Assembly: GCF_001194135.2 (NCBI RefSeq)
Contig: NC_068985.1
Location: 33,239,855-33,303,854 of the forward strand
Length of the DNA: 64,000 nucleotides
Source of the DNA: Octopus bimaculoides
Taxonomy: Eukaryota
Direction: 5' to 3'
Below the pieces are notes generated by a model. The model was not told the DNA's origin, searched no databases, and worked only from the letters and a program-made list of their open reading frames with translations. Made by a program: the position numbers and the translations under genes. Positions 11,838-62,084 of the stretch are shown here, piece after piece; within the stretch, counting starts at the first letter, position 1, and each line of letters opens with the position of its first letter.

Positions 11838-12468
11838 GTAGGTTTATATACTCAATAAGGAAAAATGCAATGCAATAATTCTTATATTATTTTGATCTGA
11901 AAGAATTAAGTATCCAATTTTTCTTTTATTATATTTGCATTTTGTCATACACACACAATGACATTGAACATCCAATGGAGCGTTCTATCTAGTTCATTCC
12001 TTTTTAATCTTCATAGGTCCTCTGCATTCAGGACCTACATCTCACTAGCATTGCTGTTCATACACAAGCATCATATAATTTGCTTTTTCACTCTGAGACA
12101 TTTCATTACTAATAGGCATAATAGCTCTGAACTTTTTCCATCCCCTTCTCATTCCAGTAACTCTTTCAGAAATCCTTCTTCCACTGCTAATTTTGTCATT
12201 TAGTAACTCTCTGTTGCCTCAAGGGAACTTACTAAGCATTCCAAAAGAATCTTATTTCCTTTGTATTTTAAGTGTTTATTGCTCCTGCACATCTGCTACA
12301 TGTAATGTCTACTTTCTCCATTTAACCTCCCTGTGATTCCAATGCATCTCTTGTGTGTCCATAACTTGCACTGGGTAGACCATATAGAATTTCTACCTAC
12401 ACCTTTTCTACATATCAAGGAAAGTCCTGTCTATTTCCCTGCTTACTAAGAACTTGGTCTTCATTAAT

Positions 12469-14340
12469 CATCATCATCATCATCATTTAACGTCCGTTTT
12501 CCATGCTGGCATGGGTTGGATGGTTCGACTGAGGCCTGAAAAGCCAGCGGCTGCACCAGGCTCCAGTCTAATCTGGCAATGTTTCTACAGCTGGATGCCC
12601 TTCCTAATGCCAACTACTCCGAAAGTGTAGTGGGTACTTTTTATATACCACTAGCACAGGAGCCAGTCAGGCAACCATGGTATTGATCACGTTCAGATAG
12701 TGATATTTACGTGCCACCAGCATGGGAGCCAGTCAGCCGACCCTGGCATCGATCATATTCAGACAGTGCTTTTTATGTGCCACTGGCATGAGAGCTAATC
12801 AGGGGGCACTGGCTTCAACCACATTCGGATGGTACTTTTTACATGTCACCAGCACAGGAGCCAGTCAGGGGGCACTGGCCACAGCTACAATTTTGGTTTT
12901 ACTTGACTCAACAGGTCTTCTCAAGCATATCATATTGCCCAATGCATCAAGGGTACATTTAAATGAGCCAGACATGCAACATTGACATTGGCCATGGCTA
13001 TGATCTCACTTTAGTTGCCAGGTCTTCTCAATCACAGCATATCTCCAAAGGTCTAGGACTCCTATCACTGCCTCTGTGAGGCCCAATGTTCAAAAGTCAT
13101 GCTTCACCACCTCATCTCATGTCTTCCTGGGTCAACCTCTTTCACAGTTAGAGTGTGGCACTTCCTCACACAGCTGTCCTCTTCCATATGTAACACATGA
13201 CCATACCAAGGCAGTTGGCTCTCTCTTGTACACCACATTTGATGCTCCTTATGTCCAACTTTTCTCTCAGGGCACTCACGCTCTGTCGCGTATGCACACT
13301 GACATTACAGATCCAGCGGATCATACTAGCTTCATTTCTTTCAAGCCAACGCATGTCCTCAGCAGTCATGACCCATGTTTCACTGCTATATAGTATGGAA
13401 GTTCGCGCACATGCATCATACAGCTTACCTTTCATTCTGAGCGAGAGGCCCTTAGTTTCCAGCAGTGGTAGGAGCTCCCTGAATTTTGCCCAAGCTATTC
13501 TTATTCTAGCTGCTACACTCTCAGAGTATCCACCCCCACTACAGACTTGGTCGCCTAAGTAGCGGAAGCTATCAACTACTTCTAGTTTTTTCCTCTGGCA
13601 TGTGATGAAGTCTGTTTTCTGTACATCTTCAGCATTTATTACTGTGTGAATCTGCCACACAAAAGAACTATCTTCCTGGTTAACCTTCCTTTGATATTGC
13701 TGCATCTTTTATGTGTCCATAGCTTACACCGGGTACATCGTATGGAGTTTCTACCCATGCTTTTTCTATAGATCGAGCAGGGCCATCTACCTGAAGGAGT
13801 CTAGTTCTGGTAGTGACTCAGCTATTAGAGCAAGGTCATCAGCATAGAGGAGCTCCCAGGGGCACCCTGTCTTGAACTCCTCTGTTATTGGTTGGAGGAC
13901 TATGATGAATAAGAGGGGTCTGAGGACTGATTCTTGGTGAACCCTCTACTTCTACCTGGAATTCTTCACTATACTCGTTGCTAACCCTTACCTTACTGAC
14001 AGCATCTCTATACAGGGCTTGTACAGCTCTTACCAACCACTCATCCATCACCAGTTTCTGCATTGACCACAAGATAAGGGATTGAGGGACCCTGTCAAAG
14101 GCTTTCTCCGAGTCAACAAAAGCCAAGTACAGAGGTTTATCTTTGGTTTAGTATTTCTCCTGCAGTTGCCTTACCAGAAATATAGCATCAGTGGTGCTTC
14201 GGCCTTGCACAAAGCCAAACTGCATCTCATCTGGGTTAACTCTCTCCCTAATTAGTACTCTATGACCCTATTTGTAACTTTCATCACCTGATCCAATAAT
14301 TTGATATCCCTGTAGTTATTTCTATCTAAAGCATCACTTT
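12469..14340 (-). mobile_element. RTE-clade LINE (RT, 3'UTR and tail), degenerate
   Basis: Minus ORFs 13839-14126 (AFVDSEKAFDRVP) and 13166-13705 (FRYLGDQ...RIRIAWAKFRELL). (CAT)n tail at ~12469. Older RTE fragments flank it at ~12000-12460 and ~14400-15110. Confidence 0.9.
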
Positions 14341-15303
14341 TAGCTTTGTAGCAGTTGACTATGATGCTGCTACATCAGTCATTGGATATGACTCCTTCAT
14401 GAACTACCTGATTTACAATGCAGGTGACAAGACCATAACCCATTAATTTTAAGAACTTTTGATTCCAGCTTTTGCTTCCACCCCTGGAGTTTCTTTCATT
14501 ATTATAATACAGATTCTGTTATAAGAACAAGGTCATCAGCATTTAGTAGTTCCCACTAGCAACTAGTCTGATATAGCCTGAAGGACTAAGACACATAGGA
14601 GGCTGAGAACCAGGCCTTAGTGAACTCCTGCATGTACACTAAATTTGTTGCTAACTCTCACCTTTCTAACAGTATCCTTGTACATGACTTGTATGGCTCT
14701 TACAAAGCATCCCTCTATCCTAAACTTCCTCAGTGACCACCATATCACAGAGCAAGGGACTCTGTTGAAGATTTTCTCTTAATCAACAAATGCCAAGCTT
14801 ATTTTTGGCCAAATACTTCTGCAGTTGTCTAAGAAGATGGCATTAGTAATACTTCTCAACACAAAACCAAACTGCATCTCATTTACTCCAAATCTGCTCT
14901 TAATTAATTTGGCTATAACTCTTCCTGTAACTTTCATGAGCTGGTCCAAGAATTTGATAACATTGTAATTACTTCTAAGGCATCTCCTTGTAAAATTTGG
15001 CTAAAATGCTAGTATACCAATCTGGGTATGACACCTCTCTGTAAAACCTGATTAACTATACCAGTGACAATGCAATGATTCTTATGGAGAAGGAGCTTTT
15101 CCTGCCTTCATATCTTTAGTTTCTTTATCTACCATAATAGATGAGGACAGTAACTTTTTAATCATTTTTACAATTTTTTTATTAAATTTATACTGTAATT
15201 TTAATCCTGAAAGTCAATGAAAGTTTGTGAAACTTAAAAGCATAAAAAGAAATTAGTCTTTTTGTTTTCCTAAATTATTTTCTTTTTTTTTTCCATCTTT
15301 CAG

Positions 15304-15402
15304 ATTGTTATAGCTGATGCTGCCAATCATACTGAAATGCCAGTTGTACTACCACTATTACTGAATAACATCCAGGGTGTTTTTCTGTTTACTACACCAT
15401 GA
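15304..15402 (+). CDS. Terminal coding exon of the unnamed SF1 pseudo-helicase gene
   Basis: Long polypyrimidine tract and cag|ATT in phase 0. Reads IVIADAANHTEMPVVLPLLLNNIQGVFLFTTP, then TGA TGA. AATAAA at 15812-15817. Confidence 0.7.
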   Translation: MVIADAANHTEMPVVLPLLLNNIQGVFLFTTP

Positions 15403-15939
15403 TGAATTCATTTTATTCAAAATGATATATAATTTTGCTTCTTAATTCAATTTTCTATAAGTTTTCTTGAATATATTTTCCTTTCTAAAAAACAACATGA
15501 ACTGATTAAATAATTATCTCTAAAAAGACCAAACTGATGTATCTATTATAAAAGATGTTAGTCTTCTGGAATTAGTATTCAAATATTAATATTATTTTTA
15601 TGTTTTGAAAAACTCTTCAATTTTATTATACATTTGTAGAATGAGTAATATCATTAGTGGTAAAGGAAATATTCTAAATGTAAAATATTTTTAAAAACTG
15701 AATTTTACCCCTATTTTAAAACAAAACGTTTGTAACAAAATTTCAATCTATTCTCAAAATATTCACTGGTGTTTGAAAATTTTTCAAAATTTTAAAATAT
15801 TAATCAATGGAAATAAAATTTTTAAATATTCATTTCTTTCCATATCTACCCATACTCGGTGCAAAAGTTCAAGCATCTCTATGAATTTTTGAGATAAGTT
15901 TTATACTCTCAGTCAAATAAGTACTTATTTTCTGAATAG

Positions 15940-16290
15940 TGAAGTAATGTGGAAGAGAGAGACCCAAGAGGATATGGGATGAAGTACTGAAAGCTGATCT
16001 CAAAATACTGAACCTTGTGAAGGAGATGGCAAAAGACCAAGATATGTGGCACATTGCTGTACTCAAGAAAACCTGCCCACCACAACAGAATTGAGATCTT
16101 AAGACCAAGGTGCGATGTAAAAAGCACCCAGTACTCTCTGTAAAGTGGTTAGCATTAGGAAGGGCAGGCATCCAGCCACAGAAACCAAGTCAAAACAGAC
16201 TTATATAATCTGGTGCAGCCCTTGGCCTTGCCAGTTCCTGTTAAGCTGTCCAACCCATGCCAGCATGGAAAATGGATGTTAGATGATGAT
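15940..16290 (+). mobile_element. RTE-clade LINE 3' end between the two convergent genes
   Basis: Same RT C-terminus, 3'UTR and gatgatgatga tail as the other copies. Confidence 0.75.
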
Positions 16291-16529
16291 GAATGTATTG
16301 CATTCAATGACTATAAAATAGATTAAACTCATAATTTTATACTGTCAAATTTTAAACATATTTACCTCTTACCTACTTTGCGACTATACTACATTTTAAA
16401 AACAACAATGAATATTTTCTTTAAAAAGAATACAATAAACTTTATCGAAAAATTTATTTACACATATATTTACAATATCCTCAAATAAATTTTGTCCATC
16501 ATATAGAAAAGACGTGAGCAAAAGCAACG

Positions 16530-53646
<37,117 letters not shown>

Positions 53647-53769
53647 TGTATCAGCTGGGAAAATCAGGAACTCTAAAGAAAAATAGATATAAAATTTATA
53701 TACAATATATTAAAAATATATATATATATATGTTAATGTTATAATTATTTGCCAGATTCAATAGAATCA

Positions 53770-54250
53770 AGGTATTTTAATAACAAAGGCACCAAGGTAG
53801 AGTCAAGGACAGCATACTCATATATCAACAGTGTGTACAGACTCATGTACTTACTAGAGCATATAGGAATTTGTCCTTCCAGTCACACATACATCCACAA
53901 GTATTGACCAAGTACACTCAATGTATACGTAAAATCACATGAGTATATTCCAGCATGCAGTCCGTGGTCCACTGTAGGCTCAAGATCCAATGCAGGGAAG
54001 GTTCCAAGTGTGGTGTAATATAAATGAAAATGCAAATGGGCTGAGGTTCTCTACAGCTGTTTCAGATGCATTTTTTATTGATGAGCAAATCAATTACAAC
54101 CTGTAAAAAAACGTTTTCTTTGGTGACTTATAATTAAAATCAAATTTAATATTTAGGATTTTTCACACAAAGAGTATAGAATGCACATTAACCTTCACAT
54201 CTCAGTGCTGGCCGAAAGAGAAATGTTAAAATTAATTTTAATTCACCTGA
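53770..54250. mobile_element. Dispersed ~480-bp repeat, possibly Penelope-like; second copy at 61050-61530
   Basis: Both copies share AAGGCACCAAGGTAGAGTCA.GGA, GGAAGGTTCC.AGT and CTACAGCTGTTTCAGA...TTTATTGA.GA. The class assignment is inference. Confidence 0.5.
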
Positions 54251-54560
54251 AAAAAATGTTTTTTACATGATGTATATATTATATCTATATATATTTTAGA
54301 CATCAGTGTAAAAGAAACAGTCATATCCACATGCAATTCTCTTTACACACAGAAGTTTTATCGACTAAATAGCCAAGCAGTTACCTTAAACTTAGACAGA
54401 TGAATCATTTGTAAGCACAGAATACATACAAAATATTAGCTTAAGAATAGTATCTAATCCCCAGAAAACAAATTGGTTTCATTCCTTTCTTTATTGATGA
54501 ACTAATCTAACACCATTTACTGTGCTTGTTCCAGAATCCTTTATTGAATCACACTCCATA

Positions 54561-54788
54561 TTAATCCTTTAGCATTCAGATTACTCTGTCAAATGTAATA
54601 CTTATTTATTCACACTGTTTTGAATTAATCATACATCATCTTTGAGCTTTGAGATCTCAACGATGTGATTGTTTAATTTTAGAGTGACCTTATTGGTTAG
54701 GTGTGAGAGGTTGGATCTGACCAGTTTGAACATAAAACAGGCAGAATATTTGAGCTAGATATGGCCAGTATAAATGCAAAAGAGTTAA
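54561..54788 (-). mobile_element. piggyBac-type MITE P1
   Basis: TTAA at both ends; same family as 45188-45416. Confidence 0.75.
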
Positions 54789-56649
54789 TAGAGTATGAAA
54801 TATCATTTAAAAGCCTACAGAATTGATTATGTATTTTGCTTGCTATGAATATTGTGTTATTTAATTTTGCCAGGTGGTATTCTCAGTTTACCCTTAAGTG
54901 TTATTGTTTGCTTGAGATATAAATCTATCTTGCTTTGGTTTATTGTTTCTTCTACACTAATACCAAACTGTGCAGCAGTTACAGGAGACATTATTGTGTT
55001 TGCCTCACAAAGCAGATGGCCTAAGAAGTTTTCCTGAGTTAAAGATTGTTCAATGACTCAAAAGCATGTTGCTTAAAAATGCTATAATAGAACCCTTATT
55101 CAATAAATCATGACCATATTTTAATGTTTGTTTTTCCATGCTCGCATAGTTCAAATGGAATTTGCTAAGGCAGGCTTTTCTTGCCTGGATGCCCTTCCTG
55201 TTGATAACCTTCAACTGCTTTCAAGCAAGGTATTATTTCTCCATGGACAGATATGTTTTACATGGAAACTGGAAACAAAAACGCTTGTATAATAGTGATA
55301 CTCATTCACAATTGATCACCATATTTGATAATTACAACCTTTTTTATGACCTTATCTATATAGGTTTTCAAGAGTTTTAGCCTCAATACATCAACCAATT
55401 TGATAAACAGTCACATTATCTCATTCCTAACATGTTCAATTGCTCTCCAAAAGATAGCACAAGTTGTCATAATTCCATATAGAAAACATGCCCATCTGAT
55501 AAGACCCAGGAACTTCTTAAAGACTTTTGTTAATTAGTTACCTTAGCTTCACTTCACTAATAGTTTAATGTATATTGCTAATGGTCTTGTCTCAAAATAG
55601 CTTGAATTGATACTTCCTTTGAGAAGAATGTACACCTTAAAATTTTTCAATATCTCAAATTGACCTGTAGCTTCAATCATAAATTACTGTTAAATTATTG
55701 ACATTCAAGTCCATACTAGCATGATATTGTGGGTTTTTTTAATGAACAGCAACCAAAATATTCACACCCTCAATTCTCTTATCAATTTCCATTAATGTGT
55801 CTAATTTTCCAAAAATTTTAAAGACTGATCCACCAATTTGTTTTGAATCACACTTTCTTAATTTTGGTTTATTTAAATTTACCGAAAATTTCTGAGGTAT
55901 GTTAAAGTTGACTACAAATTCACAATAGCCACCCCTGCATATCTCTCACAGCCATCTCTGACAATGCACATTCCCTTACTCCCTCTCACCCCACATATCA
56001 TCTACTTAATTTCTTATCAACCTACAGGTTTATCATACTGCTGCTCTCCACCCCCACCACCATATACTGACATTTATCATCCACTATATTCACCCCATCT
56101 CTCGTGATCTGTCAATTTCCTCTCACACTTAGGAATTTACCCACCCATCCTTCCCATTCCTTCTCTGTATTCTCTCTTATACTCACCTTTTTATACCTTG
56201 TAAGTACTCTGACACCTTTTTACCACCATATTTATCTTCCTTCTACTTACTCCCACTTTTATGTAATGCTGGGAAGTGATGTTTCTCCTCCATAGCAAGA
56301 CACCTGAACCTGCTCCTTATAGCCTTACAACATCTGGCATAAAGCCATCTCCCTCTCTACTATCTCCTCCTTCCTAAGCCACACTTATTCTTTCACCTTA
56401 CCCCCACCACTCCTATTTGCTACAGACCACACCTTAACCCTTGTTCCACTTATTACATTTAGCTCTACACCCCTCTCTAAGAATCTACTACCATCCTCTC
56501 TCATTCTGATGAACTAACTTATCCATCCACTCTTCCTTATTCTTTGTCCACATTCCCTATATTTACATTCTTGTATCTTGAAAGTACGCTCCGCTCCGAT
56601 ACCTCATCACCTACCATCATTACCCTCATTCCATCTAACCTGCACCCAC

Positions 56650-58200
56650 CCTTATGTAATGCAGGCTAGCCATGTATCTCTTCTATAGCAAAACACTGGT
56701 GTTATCCAGAAAAGACATTCCCTTGCTGTTGCCACACTCTGAACAGTCTCCTTTGTGCTTGTAGATTGTGACAATATTGAAGAGTTTTCACTTGTCAGGT
56801 ATAGTCTTCCCCTGCCAACAGAAGAAACAAAGAGTGAAGATGGTATGTGAGGCCCACCATACTTGTAAATCTCACCTGGGATCCCATCATCACTGGGAGA
56901 CTTCTTGCTTTTGAGACTGCAGATGGCCAATTAGACTTCATCAAGTGTTGATGGGGTTGTCAAATTCTATTAAGACAGGAAAATTTGGAATCTCTTCAAC
57001 TGCCATGGAGTCTGTGGGGCTGATCCAATTCAGAAGTTCTTGAAAATGTTTGGTCCACCTATGAAGTATTGCACCTTTCTCTTTCAATAAGGTGCCTTTA
57101 GATGATCTCACTGGATCAGTCACCTCTCTGCACGGGCTGAAGATTCTCTTAATCAAGTCAGGGAATTCATGTTTTGTTCTCGTTTGCAAAACATTGAATT
57201 TCTTCCACCTTTCAAAGCCACCAATTGTTTTGAACATTCCTGATGACACAAACATCCTTCCATTTTTGATGCAGGGCTACAGAGCCTGGGTTGGTTAGAA
57301 CAGCATCATAGAGCTTGTTTTTCTCAGATAGGAAAGGTTGTATGATCTTGGCTGATTCATCAAACCAGTTGGGGTTTTGATGTATAGTTGTCCCAAGGGT
57401 TGTCTTGGCAGTGTCTTGTAGAACATTGCATCCCAGAGGCTGTTGATGTCCTCTTTGGTGAGTTCAGCAACTGGAAAACCCGGGTAAGGTAGGAGCTAAT
57501 CTTGAATTCTGCATTGAAGCTGAGTACGTTTCTCAGAATTTGAGAGGGCAGCAATGTCAAGATAAGGAAAGGGCTGTGATTTTGGGATTGGAGGCCTCAG
57601 AGTCAGATGAAGGAGAGATCTGATTGTTCAGTGGTCTGTTCAAAATTTAGCATCCCTCAGACATCTTTATAATCCCTTTGTTGAACAATCACACAGTCAA
57701 GAAGGTACCAGGATTTGGATTGAGGATGCATCCAGAAAACCGAGGACTGTTGGGAGCTGGAAAACTGCGCTGGTAATGACTAGTCCATGTTGGGAGCAGA
57801 GAGAAGATGATGGCCACTGGCATTCATTTTCCCAACACCACTATGACCAATAACATCAGGCCAAATGAGATGACTTTGACCCTGGTATTGAAATCTTAGA
57901 GCAGAATGTTATCATTCTAGGGTATCCTTCAGGTGACGCTGTCCAGAGATATGCAGAACCTGCCCTTGGCTTTTTCAGGAAATGGATCAAAGTTTGTGCA
58001 AAGATTTGTTTCTAGTGATGAGAAAGGCAGGCAATCTTTTACCATTAGTCATCACTTATCCGGGACTGGTCCAGTGGCAAGGTGACTCAGGGTAACTGGG
58101 TTGGAGACAAGCTGCTGCGAGCTGTCACATCCACAGTATGTAGTGCGACCCCTTTACAGCTAGCCCATTTGGCTTTGTCCTTTGTGTAGCTAATAGCAGC
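56650..58200 (-). mobile_element. RTE/BovB-like LINE 5' portion (endonuclease to RT start), degenerate; a different family from the other RTE copies
   Basis: AICSLKSKKSPSDDGIPGEIYKYGG matches K.PG.DGIP.E.YK.GG. LILIKRIFSP...DPVRSSKGTLLKEKGAILHRWTKHFQELLN is typical of the RTE EN-RT linker. Confidence 0.75.
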
Positions 58201-58449
58201 ACAAAACACACAACTTGCCGTCAAATGTCAAACAGACGAAGAGGGTGCATGACCTGGGCAGCAGCCAAATACTGGAGCAGACACTGTTCTGGGTCTGATG
58301 AAAGAAGATAAACCACAGCTTAGTCGACATGCTGGGACCCTAATAGGTGCTACTACTCCAGATCAGAGTAAACTTGGGAACAATAGTGGTTAAGAGGTGA
58401 TTCCACACTCCTCAAAACACTGGAACTCTTATACCAGGGCCCCACAGCT

Positions 58450-58940
58450 GAGTGTAGAATTTGTAGTGAAAAAGTCTTCGTGACTGGGGAGAGGAGTTTT
58501 GGAAAATTCACACGAGTTGATTTTGTTTCCTAGTAACTTTCAGAAAAATAGGTATATTTTAATGAAATTTTCTATAATATACTTTTAAAAGTGTGTAGAT
58601 TACGATTATGCAGGAATTTAATATATAAACAAAAATGGTGGAATCGTACACCTACATACCGATACACGTCACATATCTACAAAATGAAACTTGAAATTTC
58701 GAAAAAAATCGTGTCAGTATGTATGTGTACGTGTTCACCATTTTACTTTTGCTTATTAAATAACGATTTAATCATAATTTACACACTTTGAAAGGTATTT
58801 GTAGAAAATATCAGTAAAATTACCCATTTTACCAAAAGTTATGAGGAAACAAAACCAATGCCTGTGAATTTTCCGAAACTCCTCACTCTACCGTCGGATT
58901 TTTTTCCCACACAAAATTCCGGTATAATCTGAATCTACAG
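58450..58940. mobile_element. Foldback-type MITE with long imperfect TIRs
   Basis: 58488-58620 pairs with 58760-58890 (GAGGAGTTTTGGAAAATTCACA / TGTGAATTTTCCGAAACTCCTC). Confidence 0.7.
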
Positions 58941-59382
58941 CATCTGAAGCGTATTTGTAGGAAACTGCATTGAAAAATATCCGTGTTTCTGGAAGTTACG
59001 AGATAACAAAGCCGGTGGTGGGCACACATGTGAAAGTATGCTAAAAGGAAAATGTTATGTTATGCGCACAAAGTATATGAAAAGAAAAAAATAAATATTA
59101 AATTGTAAATGCAATTACAGAAAGATAGGGGGATACAAAATAAAACGTGGAGTCTGTCTCTCCGCAAAAATGATTCATAAAACACAAAAAAGCTGTCCAA
59201 GGAAAAGGTTTAAAATCTGATACACTAATAGAAAAAAAAAATTTCTCTGTTAAAATACGATAGTTTGATCTCGTTTGGAATTACAGCACAATGTTTGTTT
59301 TGATTCTGAAGTGGATTTAATGAGTGTGGATAAGACAGTGATAAAGCTCTAGCAATAAGTATTGGCGTGAAATTATCGAATT

Positions 59383-60358
59383 TGGCGATCTTTCGATTAA
59401 AGTAGGAAGTCTATCAAAATTTCCAGTTGATTTGTTCGGCAATTTTCGTAAATAATTTTTATTTATTTACTCTTGTTTTCATGTCCAGTTTAAAGCCGAC
59501 AATTGCTCTGAAGTCTGTAAGGGAGGTGAAAAGTGAAACACACGCCCCCCCCCCCACACACACACCAATTATCTTTCATATACACCTACATAAATATGGC
59601 GGAGGTCAAGATCACTTTGCGATTTTTTTTTTTTTTNNNNNNNNNNNNNNNNNNNNNNNNNNNNNNNNNNNNNNNNNNNNNNNNNNNNNNNNNNNNNNNN
59701 NNNNNNNNNNNNNNNNNNNNNNNNNNNNNNNNNNNNNNNNNNNNNNNNNNNNNNNNNNNNNNNNNNNNNNNNNNNNNNNNNNNNNNNNNNNNNNNNNNNN
59801 NNNNNNNNNNNNNNNNNNNNNNNNNNNNNNNNNNNNNNNNNNNNNNNNNNNNNNNNNNNNNNNNNNNNNNNNNNNNNNNNNNNNNNNNNNNNNNNNNNNN
59901 NNNNNNNNNNNNNNNNNNNNNNNNNNNNNNNNNNNNNNNNNNNNNNNNNNNNNNNNNNNNNNNNNNNNNNNNNNNNNNNNNNNNNNNNNNNNNNNNNNNN
60001 NNNNNNNNNNNNNNNNNNNNNNNNNNNNNNNNNNNNNNNNNNNNNNNNNNNNNNNNNNNNNNNNNNNNNNNNNNNNNNNNNNNNNNNNNNNNNNNNNNNN
60101 NNNNNNNNNACATACAAAAAAGATGTATATATATTTATGTAAGTGCATACGAGTGTTTCACTATTCAACTCATGGACATGAAAATCAATGTGTGTGTGGG
60201 CCTGTGTTTCACTTTTCACTTCCCTCACCAACTTCAAGGGCAAATGTCGGCTTCAACCGGACATGAAAATAAAAATAAATAAAAATTCTTTACGGAAATT
60301 GCCTAACAAATCAACTGGGAATTTTGATAAACTTCCTACTTTAATCGAAAGATCGCCA
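59383..60358. mobile_element. Foldback/MITE with ~180-bp TIRs around an N gap
   Basis: TGGCGATCTTTCGATTAAAGTAGGAAG... at 59383 and ...CTTCCTACTTTAATCGAAAGATCGCCA ending at 60358. No convincing TSD. Confidence 0.75.
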
Positions 60359-60601
60359 CGAGCTTAACTGTGTGATAACGTTTTTAAAACTCAGAGCTTC
60401 AATTGCATTAACAGTTATTGCTATTTTCGTTAAGCATCGGGTCGACTCTTAACGAGAAAGATGCATGACAAATGTTTCATCCGTGACCATCACTTTTTTT
60501 TTTACTATAGTATATATAGTTTAAGGAAGATTTAGCTGCTATTTCGAGCAGGTCGAAGGACCACGTAAAGGCTGGCGTTAATCCTTCTATTTGATCCTTA
60601 C

Positions 60602-60720
60602 TTTGGAACTTTGCTCTCTTGAACCTGGAATTACTGAACTTCTTGGTGTTGGCCTGTTAATTTACAAATTCAGGTATTTAATAACAGCAACGTCCATTCT
60701 TCAATTATTCAATGTCAACA
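60602..60720 (-). other. Possible non-coding first exon of SEL1L
   Basis: Minus-strand donor CCAAA|gtaagg at 60601 in a comparatively CpG-rich, apparently non-repeat stretch. Coding exon 1 has an acceptor and so needs an upstream exon. The 5' end is unknown; this is speculative. Confidence 0.2.
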
Positions 60721-61526
60721 CACGATAAAGCTTATCTGTGGTACAATATTCGTTGTATTTCTCTCTCGCCATACATAAGGCCAAAACGAAAATTGGTGGC
60801 CCTTCACACTTGCACTCGAAGTGGTGACCGTCTGTTCCACTTATACATATAGGCATGTGAGTATGGTTAAGAAGCTTGCTTCATGACTATGTAATTTCTG
60901 GATCAGTCCCACAGCATTATATCTTGAGCAAGTGCTACAGTCATGGACTAACCAATGTTTTGTAAGTGGATTTGACAGAAACTGTATAAAGTCAATCACA
61001 CACACACACACATTATATATATAAATTTTCTGGATTCGAAAGAATCGGGTATTTAAATAGTAAAAGCACCAAGGTAGAGTCAGGGATAGTGCACCTGTGT
61101 ACCAACAATGTATACTAACATACGTACTTCTTTAAGTAGATACAAATTTACCCTTGCAGTTATGCATACTTCACAAGTAACTGAATACACGTGTCATCAA
61201 AGTCATACAGGGATACACTCACTGCACGTATTCCACTTCGACTATAGACATCAGATCCAAACGTATGGAAGGTTCCGAGTTAGGTGGAGAATAAATAACA
61301 CAAATGGGTGCAGTTCACTACAGCTGTTTCAGACGTGTTCTTTATTGACGAACCAAAATTATTCAACCTGGCACTATATCCTGTTTTGTAAGAAGTTTTT
61401 ATTGTTAATTCATATATGTATTCACCTGATGAAAACAGGGGGGGGGGGTGCATGATGTAACACTTGTTTATCATTAAAGAATACGTCTCAAACAGCTGTA
61501 GTGAACTTGCAACCCATCTGTGTTAT

Positions 61527-61558
<32 letters not shown>

Positions 61559-61560
61559 AT

Positions 61561-61727
61561 CATCATCATCATCATCATCGTTTAACGTCCGCTTTCCATG
61601 CTAGCATGGGTTGGACGATTTGACTGAGGACTGGTGAAACCGGATGGCAACACCAGGCTCCAGTCTGATTTGGCAGAGTTTCTACAGCTGGATGCCCTTC
61701 CTAACGCCAACCACTCAGAGAGTGTAC
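61561..61727 (-). mobile_element. RTE-family 3' tail, young copy
   Basis: (CAT)n followed by CGTTTAACGTCCGCTTTCCATGC...GGATGCCCTTCCTAACGCCAACCACTC. Confidence 0.85.
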
Positions 61728-62084
61728 CAACCATATAATTTGTAGAAATACATAAATCTAGGGGAGAAGCACACTCTAAGATGTAGAGCAGCTGAATCCG
61801 CAAGGTGACACTACAGCCGGAGGCCAATAGCCAAGGCTGAATGGAGACAATCGGTTACCTTAGTGGTTCTTTCGTGGCAGCATAGCCGAAGCTTGATGAC
61901 TGATAGCGAAGGGAGATAATCACCTAGTGTTTACTTTTATAGAGGCATTTCCCTCTCCACATTTTGAAGGGGTCTTAGGCCAGTAGTGTTTGGGGTCTGA
62001 AGATACGCTGTAAGGCTAAACCCCTTATGAGTGAGAAGCCCAGGGCAACCCCATAAACCGGCCCCCATTACAATATATATATCC

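Noticed and set aside
55940-56650. Pyrimidine-rich tracts (also 7140-7480, 9229-9700, 24500-24850, 39480-39990) with hydrophobic-looking ORFs
   Set aside because: They recur as a degenerate dispersed repeat, and the ORFs reflect C/T bias rather than coding signal.
60558-60570. CCACGTAA as a UPRE/XBP1-like site near the putative SEL1L promoter
   Set aside because: One mismatch to the consensus, embedded in a short repeat also seen degraded at ~30595-30640, TSS unknown, and no ERSE (CCAAT-N9-CCACG) found.
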